From Centroscyllium fabricii (taxonomy: Eukaryota), in NCBI GenBank assembly GCA_051313645.2, contig JBNRSN020000012.1, positions 11,718,001 through 11,782,000 of the forward strand: a DNA stretch of 64,000 bases, read 5' to 3'. The notes below the pieces were generated by a model that worked only from the letters and a program-made list of their open reading frames with translations, did not search any database and was not told the DNA's origin. The stretch's first letter is position 1, and each line of letters begins with the position of its first letter. This document shows positions 12,648 to 24,188 of this stretch, piece after piece. Made by a program: the position numbers and the translations under genes.

Positions 12648-13584
12648 CAATGAGAGAGCGATGGAAATCAGGGATGCTCAAGAGGCCAGAATTGGAGGAG
12701 CGCAGCGAACTCGGAGGGTTGAAGGGATGGAGGAGGTTACAGAGGGGAGGGGCGAGAGCCGCGGAGGGATTTGAAGACGAGGATGAAAACTTTAAAAGCA
12801 AGTCACTCGGTTGAATCAAACCGCTACAAAGTTGGTTCAAGGTGGCGGCACAACACCACCTTCTCCGGGGAACTAGGCGATGGGCAATAAATGGCGGCCT
12901 TGCCAGCGATGCCCACATCCCCAGAATGAATGAAAATAAGATTGGGAAGAGCAAGTTGTCAGAAGGGGCTTGGCTGTTCATATCACTGCAGCAGCTTTCA
13001 ATTCTACTCGGAGAGCGCCGGGCAAAATTGAATTTAGAAAGGGGATCAAAGATAACTATTTACTTAACAATTTTCAGATCCATCAAATGAGAACAAAGCC
13101 CGTCTTCATGATCAGAAGATCCACGGGCCAATTCACAGCGCAGGATTCCGGACATGAGAGACTTCCAGTGGCAACAGCACGCAACCGAACCAATGTGGCG
13201 ATGTCTGGCGATCGGAATCTAATTCGACTGGGGCTCCCTCACCTACCTCCCTCCCCCCCCCCCACACCACCCACCCCACCACACCACCCCACACCACCCC
13301 CCCGCCCCCCGCCACACCACCCCACACCCCCCCCACCCTTCCAAACAGGAAAAGCAGCCAGGAATCCTGGGCCAAAATCCTGGAACTCCCTTCCTAACAA
13401 CATTGTGGGTGTACCTACACCATATGGACTGCAGCGGTTCAAGAAGGCGGCTCACCACCATCTTCTCAAGGGCAATTAGGGATGGGCACTAAATGCAGGC
13501 CTAGCCAGCCAGTGACGCCCACATCTCATCAATGAATAAAAATAAATAAATAAACAATCCTGCTCCTGTTCCTCATCCAGGGAC

Positions 13585-14470
13585 GTGCGGCTGTCCATGG
13601 CTCCAACACGATCATCAAGTTCGCGGATGACACCACGGTGGTTGGCCAGATCACCAACAACGACGAGTCAGCCTACAGGGATGAGATCCAGCGCCTTGTG
13701 GGTTGGTGTGCCGACAACAACCTGGCACTGAACATCAAGAAAACCAAGGAGATCATAGTGGACTTCCGGAGGACTGGAAGCAGAAGACACACCCCCATCT
13801 TCATCCAAGGGGCTGAGGTGGAAAGGGTGTCCAGCTTCAAGTTCCTCGGGGTCCACATCTCGGAAGATCTCTCCTGGTCACTAAACACCTCCTCTCTGGT
13901 TAAGAAGGCCCAACAGCGCCTGTACTTCCTAAGGAAGCTGAAGAAAGCCAGGCTGTCATCCGGCATCCTCTCCAACTTCTACCGCTGCACAATAGAAAGC
14001 ATACTGACAAGCTGCATCACTGTCTGGTATGGTAATTGCACGATCTCGGACCGGAAAACCCTGCAGCGGGTAGTCAAAACTGCCCAACGAATTACCGGCA
14101 CACAGCTACCATCAATGGAAAGCATCTACCTCAAACGCTGCTTACGGAGGTCTCTGAACATTATTAAAGACCCCACACACCCCAGCCACAGTCTGTTCGC
14201 CCCCCTGCCCTCCGGGAGATGCTACAGAGCAATTCGCACCCGCACGACTAGATTTCAGAACAGCTTCTTCCCCAGGGCTGTCAGCCTCCTGAACTCTAAA
14301 AATAAACTCCGGTACCTGCACGCCTGATAATGTACTTTACTGTATGCAATTTGCATGTAATTTATTTATTTTATTTGCACTACTCTCGGGAGAGTCGAGT
14401 CTTCGTCTCGTTGTATTGTACTAGTACTCTGCAATGACAATAAAACTTGAATTGAATTGAATTGAATTGA
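13585..14470 (+). mobile_element. Rex1/Babar-like LINE, 5'-truncated, RT C-terminal part uninterrupted
   Basis: IIKFADDTTVVGQITNNDESAYRDE...KAQQRLYFLRKL...NFYRCTIESILT; ORF 13638-14327; (AATTG)n tail. Confidence 0.85.
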
Positions 14471-14504
14471 ATGCGTGAATCCTGGAAGCTCACAGTTACC
14501 GTTA

Positions 14505-15005
14505 AGCTGGCACCCTCGGGACCAGGCCGGTGTCAGACTACTGAAATTGACGAACCACTGAAGGTTCGGGAGGAGCGTGTGCAGACCAGTCAAAATGGCC
14601 GCTGCGCGCGCGCGTAGAGCAGTCCAAGTGTCCACTGCGCGCGCGTAGAACAGTGCAAAGAGTGAGAAAATGCATTTCGCGGTCCTGGGACTCTCCGGTG
14701 CTGCCAGGGAGAGTGCCGCGCATCGCGTGGTGCTGGCGGGGCGAGGGCCGCGCATCGCGGGGTGCTGGCGGGGCGAGGGCCGCGCATCACAGGGTGCTGC
14801 CGGGGAGAGGGCCGCGCATCACAGGGTGCTGCCGGGGAGAGGGCCGCGCATCGCGGGGTGCTGCCGAGGAGAGGGCCGCGCATCGCGGGGTGCTGCCGAG
14901 GAGAGGGCCGCGCATCGCGGGGTGCTGGCGGTTCGTGACCATCCCTGGGATCACGTGGGCCGGCCAGCTGAATTATCGGATGCCGGATCACCGGTGCCCA
15001 ACCTG
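14505..15005 (-). mobile_element. Tc1/mariner (Tigger/pogo-like) MITE with internal 32-bp GC-rich tandem repeat
   Basis: Right end CCGGATCACCGGTGCCCAACCTG|TA is the inverse of the left end of 58690-59124; about 7 copies of a 32-bp unit at 14697-14930; the other end is eroded. Confidence 0.6.
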
Positions 15006-15493
15006 TACACACTTTAAGTGAGCTCTCCAGTTAGGTCCACTCCCCCCGCTCTTCCCCCACAGTCCTGCGTATTTTTCCCCATTCAAATATTTCTCCAATT
15101 CCCTTTTGAAAGTTACCATTGAATCTGCTTCCTCCGCCCTTTCAGGCAGCGCGTTCCAGATCACAACAACTGACTGCGTAAAAATAATTCTCCCCATCTC
15201 CCCTCGGGATGTCCCAAAGCGCTTTACAGCCATTTAATAACTTCTGAAGTGTAGTTACTCTTGTAGTGTGGGAAACACGGCAAGCTGCCACAAACAGGAA
15301 TGAGATAAACGGCCAGATAATCTGCTTTTAAGTGTTGGTTGAGGGATGAATATTGGCCAGGAGACCGGGGAGAACTCCCCCTGCTCTTCTTCAAAATAGT
15401 GCCCTGGGATCTTTCACGTCCACCTGAGAGAGCAGACAGGGCCTCGATTTAACGTCTCATCCAAACGACGGCACCTCTGACAGTGCAGCACTC

Positions 15494-16023
15494 AATTCAA
15501 TTCAATTTGCTTTATTGGCATGACAAGATACATCCTATGTTGCCAAAGCACAGAAAAAGAACATATACAATTGGACATACATATGCATAACCAGACGTAT
15601 TGAATGAATAGCTATGCACACACATACATATATACCCGCATATAAATCTCCTATGCTCCTCTTAACTTCAGTGGTCACTGGTTGTCCCTCTGCTTATGGC
15701 AAGCTGTGACGTAGTTTGCCGCTAATTTTATACAGTCCCTCTGTTCCCCCAATAGATATGGGAGTTTTTGGTGGTCGTTCAAATTCAGGGCATGTTGTTG
15801 CAAATTTTGGGAAGAAATTTCCCCTTATTCCCTGATAGTTTTTGCAAGTTGTGAGGAAGTGCAGCTCTGTCTCCACCACTCCCTGACTGCAGTGGGAGCA
15901 CAGCCTTTCCTCTCTGGGCAGCCAAGTCTTTCTGTGTCTGCCTTTTTCGATGGCTAGGCTGTGCTCGCTAAGTCTGTACATTGTCAGGGTTTTTCTCAGT
16001 TTGCTATCTTTCACCATGGTCAG
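15494..16023 (-). mobile_element. RTE-X-like LINE 3' end with C-terminal zinc knuckle
   Basis: RLSEHSLAIEKGRHRKTWLPREERLCSHCSQGVVETELHFLTTC (CX2CX8HX4C-type); (TTGAA)n tail and AATAAA on the minus strand. Confidence 0.7.
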
Positions 16024-16447
16024 GTAATGAGATTTTGGGCTCAAACCTCTGGAGTGGGGACTCGAACCCACTACCTGCTGAGTCACGACGGACACTGGGA
16101 AGGAGCAATGAGAGACAAGGGATGAGAGAGACAGGAGGTGAGAAACAGAACACAACAACAACAACTTGCATTTATATAGTGCGTTTGAAGTAGTAAAACA
16201 TCCCAAGGAATGTCACAGGAGCGTGATCAGACAATATTTGACCACAAACCACAGAAGATGATACTAGAAAAGATGATCCGAGGCTTGGTCAAAGAGGTCG
16301 GTTTTAAGGAGCGTCTTGCAGGAGGAGAGAGAGGTGGAGAGGTTTAGGGAGGGAATTCCAGAGCTCGGGGCCCAGGCAGCTGAAGGCACGGCTGCTAATG
16401 GTGGAGCGATGAAAATCAGCGATGCGCAAGAAGCCAGAATTGGAGGA

Positions 16448-16762
16448 GGGTGGCACGGTGGCATAGTGGTTTGCACTGTTGCCTTACAGTGCTAGAGACC
16501 CGGGTTCAAATCCAGCCTCGGGTGACCATCTGTGTGGAGTTTGCACATTCTCCCCGTGTCTGCGTGGGTTTCCTCCGGGTGCTCCGGTTTCCTCCCACAG
16601 TCCAAAGATGTGCGGGTTAGGTTGATTGGCCAGGACAAATTGACCCTTAGTGTTAGGGTGATTGAATATGTGGGATTACGGGGATAGGGTGGGATATGTG
16701 TCGGTGCAGGCTCGATGGGCCGAAATGGCCTCTATCTGCACTGTAGGGATTCTATGATTCTA
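16448..16762 (+). mobile_element. V-SINE (HE1-like) nested in an L2 fragment
   Basis: tRNA head and V-domain; tail GATTCTATGATTCTAT. Confidence 0.85.
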
Positions 16763-17264
16763 TGAGCGCAGCGATCTCTGAGGGTTGCAGGGCTGGAGGA
16801 GGTTAGAGAGATGGGGGGGGGGGGTGGTGGGTGGGGGGTGAGGCCATGGAGGGATTTACAAACAAGCATGAGAATTTTCCAGAGCCTAGGGCCTAGACGG
16901 CAAAAGGCACGGCCACCAGTGCTGGGGTGATGGGAGTGGAGGATACACAAAAGGCCAAGATTGGAGAGTTAGAAATGATAAACAGCTGAGCAGGAGAGAG
17001 ACAGACTCAGTGAAAGGTCACAGATAATTAATCACAATTAACAAGCTGCATTGTCAGTAATTAGACTTTAGTTACGACTAGGATTTGCACAGTTGAGGAA
17101 ATAATAATTTGAAGGATTAAAAGTTAACATGTGATTGAAGGGAAGACCTCACTTATACAGTGAGGATTGCATGGTGACGGGCTGTAATCACATAAACTCT
17201 GGCTCACTCCCTGCGTTCAACGTGGGGTCATTAAGAGAGGGGTGCAAGACTGCAACCTATCCCT

Positions 17265-17616
17265 CCCCCCAGGGCTCTCTCTTGGGGGGGGGGGGTCGAG
17301 CACCCAGGGCCCTCTCTCGGTGGGGCGGGGGGAAATCGAGCCCCCAGGGCCCTCTCTCAGGGGGTGGGGTCGAGCCCCCAGGGCCGTCTCCTGGGGGGAT
17401 GGGGGTCAAGCCCCTAGGGCCCTCTCTTGGGGGGCGGGGTGGTCGAGCCCCCAGGGCCCTCTCTCAGCCGGGAGGTTGAGCCCCCAGGGTCCTCTCTCAG
17501 CGGGGGGGGTGGGGTTGAACCCCCAGGGCCCTCTCTCAGGGGGGGGTGGGGGTTGAGCCCCCAAGGTCCTCTCTCAGGGGTTGAGCCCCCAGGATCCTCT
17601 CTCAGGGGTCGAGCCC
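17265..17616. repeat. GC-rich minisatellite with G-runs
   Basis: About 9 variable units GGTCGAGCCCCCAGGGCCCTCTCTC(G)n. Confidence 0.85.
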
Positions 17617-17759
17617 TATGTTGCAACAGTTTACCAGCTGGGTTATTAGGAGGAAGGTTGCATTTGCCTCATTGTAACTTAATCATGGTGTCTGAGCGAA
17701 GGCTGTATAAAGCTTTGGTCAGACCCCTCTCTGGAGTGACTGCCTTCAGTTCTGGGCAC

Positions 17760-18032
17760 TGTGATGAACCTTTTGGTGTGGTTCACACTGTACGGTTATT
17801 GTATATAGTTCTGTTTAATGTTTTTGTATATATCTTACTATATATCTGTTAATGTCTTTATCTTTCTGTAAGGACCTGTACCGGCCGACCCCGCCTCTGG
17901 GTACTAGTATAAAGGAGAATGCTCCGCCCACTTATCTCTCATTCCGGGCGGACTCATCGGGGACACGGTTCAGTTCCTTGTTAATAAAAGCCACTTAAGA
18001 AACTCGCTGCCATCATAATTTGAGGCATCTCA
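17760..18032 (+). mobile_element. Short solo-LTR-like insertion, family B (273 bp)
   Basis: TGTGATG...CATCTCA; TSD GGCAC at 17755-17759 and 18033-18037; TATAAA then AATAAA inside; inverted copy at 32391-32668. Confidence 0.8.
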
Positions 18033-18196
18033 GGCACCGCACCCCAGGAAAGATAGTTTGGCCATTGAGGGGTGCAGCAACAACAACTTGTATTTACACA
18101 GCGCCTGTAACGTAGTAAAACATCCCAGGGTGCTTCACAGGAGCGATTATCAAACAAAGTTTGACACCGAGCCACAGGAGGAGATATTGGGACAGG

Positions 18197-18963
18197 TTTT
18201 TTTTTTATTCGTTGATGGGATGTGGGCGGCGCTGGCTGGCTAGGCCTGCATTTAGTGCCCATCGCTAATTGCCCTTGAGAAGATGGTGGTGAGCCACCTT
18301 CTTGAACCGCTGCAGTCCATATGGTGTAGGTACACCCACAATGTTGTTAGGAAGGGAGTTCCAGGATTTTGGCCCAGCGACAGTGAAGGAGCGGCGATAC
18401 AGGTCCAAGTCAGGATGGTGTGTGGCTTGGAGGGGAACTTGTAGGTGGTGCTGTTCCCATGTGTCTGCTGCCCTTGTCCTTCTAAGTGGTAGAGGTCGCG
18501 GGTTTGGAAGGTGCTGTTGAAGGAGCTTTGGCGAGTTGCTGCAGTGCATCTTGTAGATGGTACACACTGCAGCCACAGTGCGCCGGTGGTGGAGGGAGTG
18601 AATATTGAAGGTGGTGGATGGGGTGCCAATCAAGCTTTATCCTGAATGGTGTCGAGCTTCTTGAGTATTGTTGGAGCTGCACTCATCCAGGCAAGTGGAG
18701 AGTATTCCATCACACTCCTGACTTGTGCCTTGTAGATGGTGGAAAGGCTTTGGGGAGTCAGGAGGTGAGACACTCGCCGCAGAATTCCCAGCCTCTGGCC
18801 TGCTCTTGTAGCCACAGTATTTATATGGCTGGGCCAGTTCAGTTTCCGATCAATGGTAACCCCCCAGGATGTTGATAGTGGGGGATTCAGCGATGATAAT
18901 GCCATTGAATGTCATGGGGAGATGGTTAGAGTCTCGCTTGTTGGAGATGGTCATTGCCTGGCC
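18197..18963 (-). mobile_element. Non-LTR retrotransposon 3' portion (same family as 8330-9290)
   Basis: YKAQVRSVMEYSPLAWMSAAPT; frameshifted; nested in an L2-like element. Confidence 0.8.
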
Positions 18964-18964
18964 T

Positions 18965-19415
18965 GGTGACCAAAAGCTGGGTCAAAGAGGTCAGTTTTAA
19001 AGAAGGTCTTAAAGGAGAAGAGAGAGGCGGAGAGGTTTAGGGAGGGAATTCCAGAGCTCGGGGCCCAGGCAGCTGAAGGCACGGCCGCCAATGGTGGAGC
19101 GATTAAAATTGGGATTGCGCAAGAGGCCAGAATTGGAGGGGTGCAGAGATCTCGGAGGGTTGAACGAGGTTACAGAGATAGAGAGGGGATGAGGGCACGC
19201 AGGGATCTGAAAACAAGGTTGAGAATTTTAAAATCCAGGTGTTGCTTTACCTGGTGCCAATGGCGCAAGCACGGGGCGATGGAGCTTGGTATGAATTAGG
19301 ACACGGGGCAGCAGAGTTTTGGATGACCTCAAGTTTACGGAGGATGCCAGATGGGAGGCCGGCCAGGAGAGTGTTGGAATTGTCAGCTCTAGAGGTAACT
19401 GAGGCCTGGATGTGA
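18965..19415 (-). mobile_element. L2-like LINE 3' fragment
   Basis: Minus strand encodes GGRAFSCLGPELWNSLP; similar copies at 34720-35220 and 60035-61280. Confidence 0.7.
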
Positions 19416-20197
19416 GTGCAGCACAGATTCCCCAGAATTAAACCAGGACTAAAAGGGTTAAATTACGAGGACCGGTCGCACAGACTGGGCTTGTATTTCG
19501 TCGAGTGTAGAAGATTAAGGGGTGATCTAATCGAGGTGTTTAAGATGATTAAACGATTCGATAGGGTCGATTGAGAGAAACTATTTCCTCTTGGGGGGGG
19601 GGGCGGGGGGAGAGAGTCCAGAACAAGGGGGCGTAACCTCAACATTCGAGCCAGGCCGTTCAGGGGTGATGTCAGGAAGCACTTCTTCACACAAAGGGCG
19701 GTGGAAATCTGGAACTCTCTCCCCCAAAAAGCTGTGAATGCTGGCGGCCAACTGGAGCTTCCAAGACTGAGACTGATAGACTGGGTCAGTGTTTTATAAG
19801 GGTTACGGAACCAAGGTCCAGAACTGAAACGTTTCATCCATCAGGAAAGACTGAACCGGCTGGGACACACGTCACTCGAAAAGAGAAGACGGAGGACGAC
19901 CTAGACAGGCTCATGAGGGAGAAAGCAATGGAAGGATGTGCTGATGGGAGGAGGCTGGTGCAGTGCAGAAACACCGGCACAGACCAGCTGGGCCGAATGG
20001 CCGGTCTCTGGACAGTTTCTGTGCTATAAATTCTATGGGGAGGCGGTGGCATGGTGGTTATGTCACTGGACTAGTAAGCCAGAGGCTTAGTCAAATGCTT
20101 GGAGGATATGGGTTCAAATCCCACCACGGCAGCTGGTGGAATTTAAATTCAATTCAATTCTGAAAATAAATTTTAGTCTTAGTAATGGAGACCATGA

Positions 20198-20892
20198 TAC
20201 CCTGTTCCTGGGACTAGGGACAGGGTCACTGGCAAGGCTTGGAAGCTAAGCAGAGCCAGGCCTGGTTAGAAACATAGAAGATAGGAGCAGGAGTAGGCCA
20301 TTCGGCCCTTCGACCCATTCAATGAGATCATGACTGATCATCCAAACCCAGTACCCTGTCCCTGCCTTTTCCCCATATCCCTCGATCGCTATCGAGCCTG
20401 CACCAACACATATCCCACCCTATCCCCGTAACCCCACATATTCAATCCCCCTAACACTAAGGGTCAATTTATCCTGGCCAATCAACCTAACCCGCACATC
20501 TTTGGACTGTGGGAGGAAACCGGAGCACCCAGAGGAAACCCACGCAGACACGGGGAGAATGTGCAAACTCCACATAGATAGTACCCGAGGCTGGATTTGA
20601 ACCCGGGTCTCCAGTGCTGTAAGGCAACAGTGCTAACCACTATGCCACCGTGCCGCCCCAAACTTGGATGGGTGACCACCAGGGAATACCCGGTGCAGAA
20701 GGTCATGAAAGGAGCCCCGGGGAGGGGCAGTTGGCTGAAGATAGTCGGAATAATGGAAAGATGGAATGGCAGCGCGCACAGACGCAGCAGCTTTGCTGGA
20801 CTCTTGGGAGCTTGCAAGATCACATTCCGTTGTTTATGTACTTGTACATTGTAATAATGACAATAAAGTTGAATTATTATTATTATTATTAT
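20198..20892 (+). mobile_element. 5S rRNA-derived SINE (SINE3), interrupted by a V-SINE
   Basis: GAAGCTAAGCAGAGCCAGGCCTGGTTAG | ACTTGGATGGGTGACCACCAGGGAATACCCGGTGC matches the 5S internal control region; (TTA)n tail. Confidence 0.75.
20269..20657 (-). mobile_element. V-SINE (HE1-like), full length
   Basis: tRNA head, V-domain, CR1-type tail. Confidence 0.85.
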
Positions 20893-21650
20893 CGTCGATT
20901 GTTCCAAAATCCCATCTGGTTCACTAATGTCCTTTAGGGAAAGAAATCTGCCGTCCTTACCTGGTCTGGCCTACATGTGACTCCAGACCCACAGCAATGT
21001 GGTTGACTCTTAATGCCCTCTGAAATGGCCCAGCAAGACACTCAGTTGTAAACAACCGCTACGAAAAACAATAAGACTGCAGCGGTTCAAGAAGGCGGCT
21101 CACCACCATCTTCTCAAGGGCAATTAGGGATGGGCACTAAATGCAGGCCTAGCCAGCCAGTGACGCCCACATCCCATCAATGAATTAAAAAATGTAATTC
21201 TATGATTTAATTCAGGTGTTCAAAATTATGAGGGTTTGTCATAGAGTAAATAAGGAGACACGGTTTCCAGTGGCGGGAGGGTCGGTAACTCAAGGACACA
21301 GATTTAAAATAATTGGCAAAAGAACCCGAGGGGAGATGAGGAGAATTATTTTTCCGCAGCGAGTTGTGATCTGGAACGCGCTGCCTGAAAGGGCGGTGGA
21401 AGCAGATTCGATAGTAACTTTCAAAAGGGAATTGGAAAATTACTTGAAGGAAAATAATTACTGGACTGTGGGGGAAAGAGCGGGGGGAGTGCGACTGACA
21501 GGAGAGAATCTTTCAAAGAGCCGGCACAGGCACGATGGGCCAAATGGCCTCCTTCTGGCCTCCTTCTGCGCTGTATCATTCTAAATAAAATCAAAGGCTC
21601 TAGTTTCTACTTCCGAGTTGAGAGTTAGTAATGCAGGAACTTATCAATGT

Positions 21651-21806
21651 TTAAGAATAGTCCTGTGGAGACTCAGTGTAGCTTCCTGTTCGAGAGTCCC
21701 TGGGCAGTAACTGGGAGATGCAATCACTGCGAATGGGTTCGAGACTGGTCAGACTTCTTTGGTTCCAAAAACAGTCTCTTCCGTCGATTCCGTAATGCTT
21801 GGAATC
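21651..21806 (-). other. Candidate terminal exon
   Basis: Non-repetitive sequence after a GGCAG acceptor; frame DSKHYGIDGRDCFWNQ...SPQDYS*; no homology recognised. Confidence 0.2.
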
Positions 21807-22092
21807 CTGCCAGATTATATACATAATAAAATGACACAAATTCCGAGCTCCAACCCTGGCTCATAATGAAGGATATGAGTAAGTTCGGAGATTCAAACTG
21901 ACCTGACTCGCCAACGACCTACTTCCTGGATACGTAGAGGAGCAGATGACAGTGAGAGTCACCACATTGCTCACTGGATGGTGCTGACTGTCCCAGAGAA
22001 AGGGAGCGAGGGGCGAGCCGGAGCGAGCGAAGGGGAGGGAGAGGCGGAGAGAGCGAGGGGAGGGGGAGGCGGGTGAGCAAGGGGGAGGGGGA

Positions 22093-22519
22093 NNNNNNNN
22101 NNNNNNNNNNNNNNNNNNNNNNNNNNNNNNNNNNNNNNNNNNNNNNNNNNNNNNNNNNNNNNNNNNNNNNNNNNNNNNNNNNNNNNNNNNNNNNNNNNNN
22201 NNNNNNNNNNNNNNNNNNNNNNNNNNNNNNNNNNNNNNNNNNNNNNNNNNNNNNNNNNNNNNNNNNNNNNNNNNNNNNNNNNNNNNNNNNNNNNNNNNNN
22301 NNNNNNNNNNNNNNNNNNNNNNNNNNNNNNNNNNAGAGGGGGGTAGAGAGAGGGGGGGNNNNNNNNNNNNNNNNNNNNNNNNNNNNNNNNNNNNNNNNNN
22401 NNNNNNNNNNNNNNNNNNNNNNNNNNNNNNNNNNNNNNNNNNNNNNNNNNNNNNNNNNNNNNNNNNNNNNNNNNNNNNNNNNNNNNNNNNNNNNNNNNNN
22501 NNNNNNNNNNNNNNNNNNN
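22093..22519. other. Two N-runs (22093-22334, 22359-22519) in a purine-rich low-complexity tract
   Basis: N characters flanked by G/A-rich sequence. Confidence 0.95.
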
Positions 22520-23784
22520 AAGGGAGGTGGGGGAGAGGGGACAGTTATGTTGGGTCAGAAAGTCCCCTCTTTGTCCCCTCACTCAGCTCACCAATGCTCA
22601 TGTGCGAAGTTACAGACAGTGATCGTCAGTGGACTATTCGACCTTGGAGGTTGGCCAATCCGGTCCAGACTGGTCGTCCAATTCGCACCTCCAGTCTCTG
22701 GATTGTGACCAGCAGAAGCAGTGGCCTGATTTCCCCCCTCCCTAGTCCAGGGATGTTAATCCCACCAGCACCGCTCACGCGCGCCAACAACTCAATACGA
22801 TTATCACGCAGCACATAAAATGATACTGCACAGGAGGAGGCCATTCGGCCCATCGTGCCTGTGCCGGCTCTATGAAAGAGCGATCCAATTAGTCCCGCTC
22901 CCCCCCCTCCCCACCCCCCCATAGCCCTGAAATGTTTTCCTTTTCAAGTACCCTGAATTTATCCAATTCCCTTTTGAAAGTCACTATCGAATCTGCTTCC
23001 ACCGCCCTTTCAGGCAGCGCATTCCAGATTACAACAACTCGCTGCGTAAAAAAATGTCCCCTCATCTCCCCCCTGGTTCCTTTCCCAATTATCTTAAATC
23101 TGGCCCTTCTGGCTACCAACCCACCTGCCACTGGAAACAGTTTCTCCTTATTTACTCGTTAGACCCAGGCCCCTCTGCCCTCGCAGGAGGGTGTTAAAGA
23201 TCCCATGGCTACTATTTCGAAGAGCAGCGGGGGGGGGGGGGGGGGGCGGAGTTCTCCCCGGTGTCCTGGGCCAATATTTATCCCTCAACCAGCATCACCA
23301 AAACAGATTATCTGGACATTTATCTCATTGCTGTTTGTGGGAGCTTGCTGTGCGCCAATTGGCTGCCACTTTTCCGACATTACAACAGTGACTACACTTC
23401 ACAAACTTATTTCATTGGCTGTAAGAACATAAGAACTAGAAGCAGGAGTCGGCCATTCGGCCCCTCGAGCCGGCTCCGCCATTCAATAAGATCAGGGCTG
23501 ATCATCGACCTCAACTCCACTTTCACTCCGAATCTCCATATCCCTCGATTCCCTTACCGCCCAGAAATCTAGCGATCTGTGTCTTGGAATATACTCAACG
23601 ACTGAGCATTCACAGCCCTCTAGGGGAGAGAATTCCAAAGATTCACCACCCTTTGAGTGAACAAATTCCTCCTCACCTCAGTCTTAAATGACCGACGCCT
23701 TATTCTGAGACTGAGACCCCTGGTTCTCGACTCTCCAATCAGGGGAGACATCCTCCCTGCATCGACTCTGTCAATCCACAGAAA

Positions 23785-24188
23785 GCATAGAAACATAGAA
23801 GATAGGAGCAGGAGTCGGCCATTTGGCCCCTCAAGCCTGCTCCGCCATTCAATGAGATCATGACTGATCATCCAAACCCAGTACCCTGTCCTTGCCTTGT
23901 CCCCATATCCCTCGATCCCTATCGAGCCTGCACCGACACACATCCCACCCAATACCCGTAACCCCAACTATTGAATCCCCCTAACACTAAGGGTCAATTT
24001 ATCATGGCCAATCAACCTAACCCGCACATCTTTGGACTGTGGGAGGAAACCGGAGCACCCGGAGGAAACCCACGCAGACACGGGGAGAATGTGCAAACTC
24101 CACACAGATAGTCACCCGAGGCCGGATTTGAACCTGGGTCTCCAGTGCTGTGAGGCAACAGTGCTAACCACTATGCCACCGTGCCGCC
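23785..24188 (-). mobile_element. V-SINE (HE1-like) nested in a CR1 fragment
   Basis: Full head, V-domain and tail; CR1 sequence continues on both sides (about 23425-23775 and 24190-24312). Confidence 0.85.

Noticed and set aside
21971-22708. ORFs of about 200 aa
   Set aside because: Artefacts of N-runs
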